From Minisyncoccota bacterium (GTDB lineage: Bacteria > Patescibacteriota > Minisyncoccia > Phycocordibacterales > PALSA-1337), in the NCBI GenBank assembly GCA_041665385.1, contig JBAYIX010000001.1:47865-111864 (forward strand): a stretch of DNA of 64,000 nt, given 5' to 3'. Position 1 is the stretch's first letter, and each line of letters opens with the position of its first letter. The position numbers and the translations under genes were made by a program. Below are positions 57,466-64,000 of the stretch, one piece after another. Under the pieces are notes generated by a model, which was not told where the DNA came from, ran no database searches, and was given only the letters and a program-made list of their open reading frames with translations.

Positions 57466-58812
57466 ATGAATGATTTTTCTCAAATCTGGCAGACAGCTCT
57501 GATAGAGATGCAATCTATAGTTTCTCCTGCAAATTATTCCACCTGGGTAAAGTCTACTAGGATCATCCGTGAAGAAGAGGGTGTCATATATCTCGGCGTA
57601 CCCAACGAATTTACCCGCGAATGGCTATTCAAGAAGTGTCACAACTCCATTTTGCGCATATTGAGACAACTCAATGAACATGTCCGGGCTTTGGAGTACA
57701 TAGTTCTAAAGGAGGAGGAAGAAAAACAAGACCAGCTCAGGAAAAAGGCATTTATGGCCCCTACTATCTCCATGCCTTTGCAAGATTTCTACATAAACAA
57801 AGAAGATAATCTCAATCCCCGCTACACCTTCGACAACTTTATCATCGGACCCTTCAACGACTTGGCTCACGCAGCCTCTTCTATGGTGGTAAAGAGTCCT
57901 GGTCATGTCTATAACCCACTATTCATATACGGTGGAACTGGCCGTGGCAAAACACACCTCATACAGGCAGTAGGGAACAAGATCAAAAGCCTTTTTCCAA
58001 ATAAAAAAGTCTTTTATTTGACTGCGGAGCGTTTCGGCTCTGAGTTTTTCGAATCCTTACAAAACAGCACGGCTCAACAATTCAAGGAAAGGTATCGCAA
58101 ATACGATGTCCTCATAATGGACGATGTCCAATTCTTCTCTAGCAAAGAAAAGTTCCAAGAAGAACTGTTCCACCTATTCAATACATTCCACGATACGGCC
58201 CGCCAGTTGGTATTTTCTTCCGACAAGCACCCGAATGTCATCCCAAACCTCGAGGATCGTATACGTGGCCGCTTTGCCGCAGGGATGATCGTAGATATAG
58301 CTGAACTCGACAAGGAATCCCGCATGGCAATAGTCAAAACCAAATGTAAACCTCACAATATCACTCTTACAGAAGAAATCGTCGATTATCTGGCGACAGA
58401 AATCGAAGATAATATCCGGGAGATAGAAGGGATAGTGAATATTATTGCTCACCAAACAATGCACAAGTCGCGCGAACTCAATATAAACGAAATAAAAAAC
58501 ATCCTGAAAAACAACGCAAAACCAAAAAAGATGCTGTCTGTAAAGGATGTAGTAAAAACGGTTTGTGACTTTTACAATATAGAAGAGGAGAGTATATACA
58601 ACAAAACCCGCAGAAAAGAAGTAGTGAAACCCCGACAAGTCGTCATGTATATACTCCGAGAAGATTTCAACATCTCTTTTCCTTCCATTGGAGACAAACT
58701 CGGGGGGAGGGATCATACTACCGTTATTCATTCCTATGAAAAAGTAAAGGAAGATATAAAAACAAACTCTGTTTTGTCGCAGGAGATACTTCAGCTCCGG
58801 ACTATGTTATAA
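57466..58812 (+). CDS. dnaA: chromosomal replication initiator protein DnaA (start at internal Met; ORF track from 57385)
   Basis: N-terminal domain I, AAA+ Walker A GGTGRGKTHL, Walker B VLIMDDVQF, sensor motifs and C-terminal DNA-binding domain (REDFNISFPSIGDKLGGRDHTTVIHSYEKV). Confidence 0.92.
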   Translation: MNDFSQIWQTALIEMQSIVSPANYSTWVKSTRIIREEEGVIYLGVPNEFTREWLFKKCHNSILRILRQLNEHVRALEYIVLKEEEEKQDQLRKKAFMAPTISMPLQDFYINKEDNLNPRYTFDNFIIGPFNDLAHAASSMVVKSPGHVYNPLFIYGGTGRGKTHLIQAVGNKIKSLFPNKKVFYLTAERFGSEFFESLQNSTAQQFKERYRKYDVLIMDDVQFFSSKEKFQEELFHLFNTFHDTARQLVFSSDKHPNVIPNLEDRIRGRFAAGMIVDIAELDKESRMAIVKTKCKPHNITLTEEIVDYLATEIEDNIREIEGIVNIIAHQTMHKSRELNINEIKNILKNNAKPKKMLSVKDVVKTVCDFYNIEEESIYNKTRRKEVVKPRQVVMYILREDFNISFPSIGDKLGGRDHTTVIHSYEKVKEDIKTNSVLSQEILQLRTML

Positions 58813-59055
58813 CTGTGAATATCCTTGTTGATAGTTTGTGAATAAGTACCAGAAACCTGGTGATAAAATAAGTACAAAAACCCAAAAATAAAATTACCGA
58901 TACTAATATACACCTTATGAACAAAACAAAATGGAATAAAAAAACCAAAAGACAAGCAAGTAAAAGGTTTATAAACTTTTCAACTTATCCACAGGACTAA
59001 TAATAACTATGGAGTTTTATATAAAAAAATAACTTATTAATTATTACGAACTAAC
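58813..59055. promoter_or_regulatory. putative oriC / DnaA-box region between dnaA and dnaN
   Basis: AT-rich 243-bp spacer. It contains TTATCCACA (about 58985-58993, perfect), TTATTCACA (reverse complement of tgtgaataa at about 58837-58845) and ATATTCACA (about 58815-58823), plus A/T tracts suitable as an unwinding element. Confidence 0.5.
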
Positions 59056-60165
59056 ATGAAAACTGAGCTGAGATTCCAAGAGCTAAGGAAAGCGGTTGCT
59101 ATGACCGAGAGGGTTGCTGGTAAGCATATGACTCTACCAGTCTTATCTTGTCTTCTTTTTGAAATAAAGAAAAACTCTTTGGTGATCAAGGCAACAAATT
59201 TGGATATCGGGGTGGAGGTACATGTTGCCGCAAAATCTGAAGCAGAAGAAACCGTGGCTGTGCCAGCAGCTGTCCTGAGCTCTTTTCTCGGCCAGATAGC
59301 AGAATATGACGGTGTGGCAAGTTTAGAAATATCCTCGGGCAATATGATAATTCAGGCGGCAAAGTCGAGGGGTGTAATAAAAACAGTTCCTCATGAGGAT
59401 TTCCCCAGTATACCAGTAGTCACAGAAGGACAAGAGATCATTATGTCCGCGGATATTTTGATAAAAGGCCTCAAGGCGGTGTGGTATAGCGCCTCACTCT
59501 CTAGTGTAAAACCGGAATTATCTAGTGTGTATATGTACACTATGAATAATGAGCTTGTGTTTGTTGCTACAGATTCTTTCCGCTTGGCAGAAAAGAGAGT
59601 TCGAACTGACGAAAAGGCAAATATCAAGGAGATTCTCATACCATTTAAAAATATAGCCGATATGACGAGGATATTAGAGACATTGAAAGATAAAGCCTCA
59701 GTATATGTGAGTAAAAATATGATCTCATTTGAAGTAAAAAACAAACTGAGGGTTGTGTCTCGCGTCATAGATGGAATCTTTCCAGACTATAAACAAATAA
59801 TCCCCAAGGGGTATGTGACAGAAGTGGTGGTGCTAAAGCAAGATTTGCTAAATGCCCTAAAAATATCAAATGTTTTCTCTGACAAGTTCAACCAGGTTCA
59901 TTTTACTCTAGATCCGAAGGGTAAATTGTTTGAAATACAGACAAAAAACAGCGATATAGGCGAAAATAAAACAGCGATTGATGCCGCAATAACTGGAGAA
60001 AAGATTGAGATAAATTTCAATTACAAGTATATAGTAGACTGCTTCCAGTCTATAGATGCTGATAGTATGACTCTACAACTTTCCGGCATGAATAGACCAA
60101 TGGTCATAAGGCCTGTTTCTGGCGATCAGAGCTTCATGTATCTGGTGATGCCAATGAATAGGTAA
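59056..60165 (+). CDS. dnaN: DNA polymerase III beta sliding clamp
   Basis: 369 aa, three-domain clamp. MKTELRFQELRKAVAMTERVA...ATDSFRLAEK...MNRPMVIRP. Confidence 0.9.
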   Translation: MKTELRFQELRKAVAMTERVAGKHMTLPVLSCLLFEIKKNSLVIKATNLDIGVEVHVAAKSEAEETVAVPAAVLSSFLGQIAEYDGVASLEISSGNMIIQAAKSRGVIKTVPHEDFPSIPVVTEGQEIIMSADILIKGLKAVWYSASLSSVKPELSSVYMYTMNNELVFVATDSFRLAEKRVRTDEKANIKEILIPFKNIADMTRILETLKDKASVYVSKNMISFEVKNKLRVVSRVIDGIFPDYKQIIPKGYVTEVVVLKQDLLNALKISNVFSDKFNQVHFTLDPKGKLFEIQTKNSDIGENKTAIDAAITGEKIEINFNYKYIVDCFQSIDADSMTLQLSGMNRPMVIRPVSGDQSFMYLVMPMNR

Positions 60166-60169
60166 CATA

Positions 60170-60430
60170 ATGTTCAATATTAGCCAATTTCTAAAGAGGG
60201 CCACTGGTAAACAGGGTAGGGAGCTCTATTTCCGTAAATCCATTCAAGATCTTTTGAAAGAAAGGTTTGATCTTGAGGTGCCCTTCGAGATGATATCCTT
60301 GAAGTCTGGCACGATCTATATAAAAAATATTCCCCAATCTGCTCGAACTTCTATTTTTATAAAAAAGACAGCTATACTTCAGGAGATAAATAGAATCCAA
60401 GATATATATGTAATACTAGACGTAAGATAA
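60170..60430 (+). CDS. DUF721/DciA-like small protein (possible replicative helicase loader)
   Basis: 86 aa immediately after dnaN. VPFEMISLKSGTIYIKNIPQSARTSIFIKKTAILQEINR fits the DUF721 pattern (G.L.v.v.s...a.eL......il..ln). Position is typical for dciA. Confidence 0.45.
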   Translation: MFNISQFLKRATGKQGRELYFRKSIQDLLKERFDLEVPFEMISLKSGTIYIKNIPQSARTSIFIKKTAILQEINRIQDIYVILDVR

Positions 60431-60521
60431 TAGGAATTATCCACAGTTTTATTTTGTTGCAAAATTGTCCATGCTTTGTTACAAATGAAGCACCAAATTA
60501 TAAGAGATTAATTTTTGAGTT

Positions 60522-60782
60522 ATGCCGACTAAAACTCAGTCAAAAAAAATCAATACAACTCGCCAAACAAAGCCGAGTTCTGAGAAGGAAGAGGAAGAGA
60601 TTGTAATCACAAAAAAATCTAGTACGAAACCAATCGAGATAGAAGAAACCGATATTATAATAGCTGAAGTAGAAAAACCGGTTGATGATGTGGTTACCGA
60701 GGATGGTGAAGTGGAGGAAGTAGAAGAAGCAGGTCTCAATGAAGAGGACCTTGATCCGTTCGGTGACAAATGGGAACAATAA
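60522..60782 (+). CDS. small highly acidic protein (hypothetical)
   Basis: 86 aa, Glu/Asp-rich C-terminal half (EEVEEAGLNEEDLDPFGDKWEQ). No known domain. Confidence 0.35.
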   Translation: MPTKTQSKKINTTRQTKPSSEKEEEEIVITKKSSTKPIEIEETDIIIAEVEKPVDDVVTEDGEVEEVEEAGLNEEDLDPFGDKWEQ

Positions 60783-60807
60783 ATAAACTCTGATATACTG
60801 GGGTTTC

Positions 60808-63333
60808 ATGAGTCGTCGCCATTCTAATATAAAGGTAATAAAAGGCTTTATCCTCCTTTCTATGTCTGGAGTTTTTTTGGTGGTCGGTGGATCTGCTTTG
60901 TGGGTCGCTACACTAAAGATGCCCGACCTCAATGCTTTTGAGAATAGAAAGGTCTCTCAATCAACAAAAATTTTTGATCGTACCGGAAGTGTACTTCTCT
61001 ATGACCTTAATACAGATGTAAAAAGAACCATAGTTAGTCTCGCGAGTACCTCACCTCTGGTGCAAAAGGCAACTATCGCCATCGAAGATGCGGAGTTTTA
61101 TACACATATGGGCATACGGCCAACTGCCATTATCCGTGCGGTTCTCGCCGACATACTCGCTGGAGATAAGACTCAGGGCGGCTCTACCATAACTCAACAA
61201 GTAGTAAAAAACTCTCTTTTAACAAAAGACAAAACAGTCACCAGAAAAATAAAAGAGTGGGTGCTCGCCATAAAGTTGGAGAAAATAATGACCAAAAACC
61301 AGATATTGGAAACATATCTGAATGAGGTTCCTTATGGTGGCACAATATACGGTATAGAAGAAGCCAGCCAAGCCTTTTTTGGCAAGCCGGCTACAAGCTT
61401 GACCTTGGCGGAGGCGGCATATCTTGCGGCGGTGCCGCAGGCACCTACTTACTATTCACCCTATGGCACACATAGGGACGCTTTGGATGCACGCAAAAAT
61501 CTGGTGCTTTCGAGAATGAAATCTCTAAATATGATAACAAAGGAAGAATATCAAGTCGCATCGGAGGAAAAAGTTCAATTCCTTTCCAAAAACAATGCCG
61601 GCATAAAGGCTCCACACTTTGTCATGATGGTTCGCGATTATTTGTCCCAAAAATACGGCGACGAGGCGGTGAATGAAGGTCTAAAAGTTATCACTACGCT
61701 CGATTTCGAAATGCAAAAGAAAGCCGAAGCTGTCGTGGATAAATTTGCACCTTCTCTCGCAACAAACTTTAATGCTAGTAATACTGCAATTGTTGCAATC
61801 GATCCCAAAACAGGGGATATATTGACCCTGGTAGGATCTAGAGATTATTTTAGCCAAGATATAGATGGCAATTATAATATTGCTCTGGCATTACGTCAGC
61901 CAGGCTCCACATTCAAACCTTTCGTCTACGCGACGGCTTTCAAACAAGGCTATACTCCAAATACAGTACTTTTCGATGTGCCGACACAGTTTTCCACACA
62001 GTGTGCCCCTGACGGAAAGCCCAACAATCCTACGGCAGATCCCAAAAAAGTTTGTTATTCTCCTCAGGAATTTGATGATTTGTATCCTGGACCCATGATC
62101 ATGCGTTTTGCTCTGGCTCAGTCACGCAATATTCCTGCGGTCAAAACCCTCTATCTCTCTGGGGTGGCAGAATCTATGCAGACAGCGGAAGACCTCGGCA
62201 TAACAACTCTCACTGACCCAAATCGCTACGGACTCACACTCGTTCTCGGTGGCGGTGAAGTCAGATTACTCGACTTGGTCAGTGCCTACGGTGTATTTGC
62301 GAATGATGGAGTGCGCAATACGCATCGTTCTGTGTTGGAAGTTTATGACAATGAAGGTAATGTCCTCGAAAAAGTATCAACCAATCCCAAAGAAGCCATA
62401 GAGCCGGAGATAGCCAGACAAATATCCGACATACTATCTGATACTAGTGTGCGTATGAATAGTCTCAAACCTATAGCAGAGGGTGTCGGCAGGCCCGTCG
62501 CCATAAAGACAGGTACGACGAACGATTATCGCGATGTTTGGACTGTCGGTTATACTCCGAACCTGGTAGTCGGTGCATGGGCAGGGAACAGTGACAATAC
62601 TCCGATGGAGCACAACGTAGCTGGTCTCATAATATCTCCTTTGTGGGGGGCGTTCATGTCACAAGCAGTAAAGGAACTGCCAAAGGAAAATTTCAAACCG
62701 CCTCCACCAGAGACGAACGAGAGCAAGCCAAGCCTCCACGGAATATGGGAAGGAGGTGTGTCCTATTGGAAAGATAGTGTTTCGGGCAAGCTAGCCACGG
62801 AATATACGCCTCCGGAAGCAAAAAAAGAAGTTGTCTTCAATAGTGTCCATACCATTCTGCATTGGCTGGACAAGAAAAATCCCACCGGCCCAGCACCTCT
62901 GCGTCCACAAGACGATTCCCAATATGCAAACTGGGAGTTCGCTGTGAGAAAGTGGTTCGTAGAATACCAAAAACTAAACCCAAGCTTTATCGAACAGACA
63001 AAGATAGAGATACCGAAAGAGAAAGATGATGTGCATACTCCGGAAAAATCTCCAAAAGTCACCATAGTTTCACCTCCGGACAATTCCCTCATCAATCCTC
63101 AGGGTCAATTAACAGTACAACTGACTTCGACAGGAGGCTTTCCGGCGCAAAAAACTGAGGTTTATGTGAATGGAAAGTATGTGATGACAGCTACGAGCAA
63201 TCCTCTCAATTTCTCCTTTATTCCTGCGGATGTGGGGAATCTGACTTCAAATAATACATTGTCAGTAATACTGTATGATAGTGTTTTGAATAAGGCACAA
63301 GCAGTCGCAAACTTTACTGTAAGTACTCAATAA
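60808..63333 (+). CDS. mrcA: penicillin-binding protein 1A (bifunctional transglycosylase/transpeptidase)
   Basis: N-terminal transmembrane anchor, GT51 motifs (EDAEFYTHMGI, GGSTITQQVVKN) and transpeptidase motifs (STFKPF, SRN, KTGTT). 841 aa. Confidence 0.9.
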   Translation: MSRRHSNIKVIKGFILLSMSGVFLVVGGSALWVATLKMPDLNAFENRKVSQSTKIFDRTGSVLLYDLNTDVKRTIVSLASTSPLVQKATIAIEDAEFYTHMGIRPTAIIRAVLADILAGDKTQGGSTITQQVVKNSLLTKDKTVTRKIKEWVLAIKLEKIMTKNQILETYLNEVPYGGTIYGIEEASQAFFGKPATSLTLAEAAYLAAVPQAPTYYSPYGTHRDALDARKNLVLSRMKSLNMITKEEYQVASEEKVQFLSKNNAGIKAPHFVMMVRDYLSQKYGDEAVNEGLKVITTLDFEMQKKAEAVVDKFAPSLATNFNASNTAIVAIDPKTGDILTLVGSRDYFSQDIDGNYNIALALRQPGSTFKPFVYATAFKQGYTPNTVLFDVPTQFSTQCAPDGKPNNPTADPKKVCYSPQEFDDLYPGPMIMRFALAQSRNIPAVKTLYLSGVAESMQTAEDLGITTLTDPNRYGLTLVLGGGEVRLLDLVSAYGVFANDGVRNTHRSVLEVYDNEGNVLEKVSTNPKEAIEPEIARQISDILSDTSVRMNSLKPIAEGVGRPVAIKTGTTNDYRDVWTVGYTPNLVVGAWAGNSDNTPMEHNVAGLIISPLWGAFMSQAVKELPKENFKPPPPETNESKPSLHGIWEGGVSYWKDSVSGKLATEYTPPEAKKEVVFNSVHTILHWLDKKNPTGPAPLRPQDDSQYANWEFAVRKWFVEYQKLNPSFIEQTKIEIPKEKDDVHTPEKSPKVTIVSPPDNSLINPQGQLTVQLTSTGGFPAQKTEVYVNGKYVMTATSNPLNFSFIPADVGNLTSNNTLSVILYDSVLNKAQAVANFTVSTQ

Positions 63334-63339
63334 TTACGA

Positions 63340-63450
63340 GCAAGCAATGAGCAAAACTTCCTTTTTGTCGGATTTGAGAAGTTGTGCAATGTCCGGGTAA
63401 TCATAAGAGCTCGCAAATCCGACAAAAAGGAAGTTTTGCTCATTGCTTGC
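63340..63450. repeat. hairpin element copy E4: 37-bp perfect inverted repeat with a 37-nt loop
   Basis: Arms gcaagcaatgagcaaaacttcctttttgtcggatttg and its exact complement. Loop agaagttgtgcaatgtccgggtaatcataagagctcg is about 80 percent identical to the E3 loop. Lies between the PBP1a stop and the ruvC stop. Confidence 0.85.
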
Positions 63451-63940
63451 GTGCACTACAGGTGAGTGCTACAGCGATGGCGTCGTATTCATCATCATGA
63501 GTCTTTTTTACAGGTAACTTTACCAGAAGATTCACCATCTTTGTCACTCGTGCTTTGTCGCTCGTACCATCACCGGTTATTGCCATCTTGATCTCCATGG
63601 GAGAGTATTCAAAAACCGGAATATTCTTCTTGAATGCTTCGTACATGATGATGCCACGTGCTTCCGAAACGCGCATTGCTGTTTTTTGGTTCTTGGTTAT
63701 AAATAGATTTTCTATGCCGACCTTGTCGGGTGCATACAGCTCTAAAACCCGCGCTATTTCCTGACCGATACATAAAAGGCGGAAGTGAATAGCATCTTTG
63801 GGGGAAGTGCTGAAGCAGTCTGAATATAAAACCCTTTCCTTGCCGGCAGTATCCCTGTCTACGACAGCTATGCCTAGTCGATCATAACCCGGATCTATGC
63901 CGAGTATGCGGGTATGGCTCGGACGAGCGTCACTCGGCAT
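63440..63940 (-). CDS. ruvC: crossover junction endodeoxyribonuclease RuvC. Start at ATG 63940; the ORF track extends to a TTG at 63976
   Basis: ILGIDPGYDRLGIAVV, catalytic Asp/Glu residues, 166-178 aa. Confidence 0.88.
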   Translation of the reverse strand: MPSDARPSHTRILGIDPGYDRLGIAVVDRDTAGKERVLYSDCFSTSPKDAIHFRLLCIGQEIARVLELYAPDKVGIENLFITKNQKTAMRVSEARGIIMYEAFKKNIPVFEYSPMEIKMAITGDGTSDKARVTKMVNLLVKLPVKKTHDDEYDAIAVALTCSARKQ

Positions 63941-64000
63941 TTGTATAGACTTCCTGGACATCATCATTTGCTTCAAGTTCCTCGACGAGTTTGGTGAGTT
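63930..64000 (-). CDS. yebC: YebC/PmpR-family transcriptional regulator, 3' end only; the gene continues beyond the window
   Basis: Minus-strand frame reads ...LTKLVEELEANDDVQEVYTNAE*, the characteristic YebC C-terminus. Overlaps the ruvC start, as is typical for yebC-ruvC. Confidence 0.6.
   Translation of the reverse strand, partial: LTKLVEELEANDDVQEVYTNAE

Noticed and set aside
14363-63450. Possibility that the repeated hairpins form a CRISPR array
   Set aside because: Copies are 7-42 kb apart, are inverted rather than direct repeats, have no spacer-repeat periodicity and no cas genes are present.

Overview
This window reads like a compact, gene-dense bacterial chromosome segment with a strong strand bias and many small proteins. 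Gene content suggests, by inference only, a Patescibacteria/CPR-like organism.

The window spans the canonical replication-origin neighbourhood, with rpmH-rnpA-yidC on the minus strand and dnaA-dnaN-(DUF721/DciA-like) on the plus strand. DnaA boxes lie between dnaA and dnaN.

Other supported content:
- Housekeeping genes: pyrC (partial), RNase HI, an ABC exporter, recJ, a HIT protein, pgk, tpiA, nusA, hppA, tig, rsmE, clpP, rny, hup, cca, xth, xerC/D, rpsO, pnp, a DksA/TraR-like protein, comM/yifB, an M23-LysM peptidase, pcrA, rsmA, PBP1a, ruvC and yebC (partial).
- A type IV pilus operon: pilB, pilC, two prepilin-like genes and a large pilin-associated gene.
- Four minus-strand tRNAs: Gly-TCC, Pro-TGG, Trp-CCA and Arg-TCG.
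- A complete diversity-generating retroelement (DGR): a reverse transcriptase with the GNLTSQ signature, an Avd-like accessory protein, and a template/variable repeat pair showing adenine-specific substitutions. The variable repeat sits at the 3' end of a high-GC target gene.
- A 12-gene cluster resembling a Gram-positive/CPR-type type IV secretion system, with VirB6/TrbL-like, PrgI/VirB3-like and VirB4-like genes.

The observations I rate most worth a second look are:
- A perfect (GTCA)x13 tetranucleotide microsatellite at the divergent junction of the DGR reverse transcriptase and avd genes. It is currently in frame with an Avd start, so it could act as a slipped-strand phase-variation switch for the hypermutation system.
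- A previously unexplained family of at least four about 115-bp elements. Each has a 37-40 bp perfectly Watson-Crick-paired stem and a conserved 36-38 nt loop with core GTTCGAG(G)TAA. They sit just upstream of nusA, tig and dnaA, and between the PBP1a gene and ruvC. The stems differ between copies but are perfectly self-complementary within each copy.

Coordinates for hand-mapped elements may be off by 1-2 nt.
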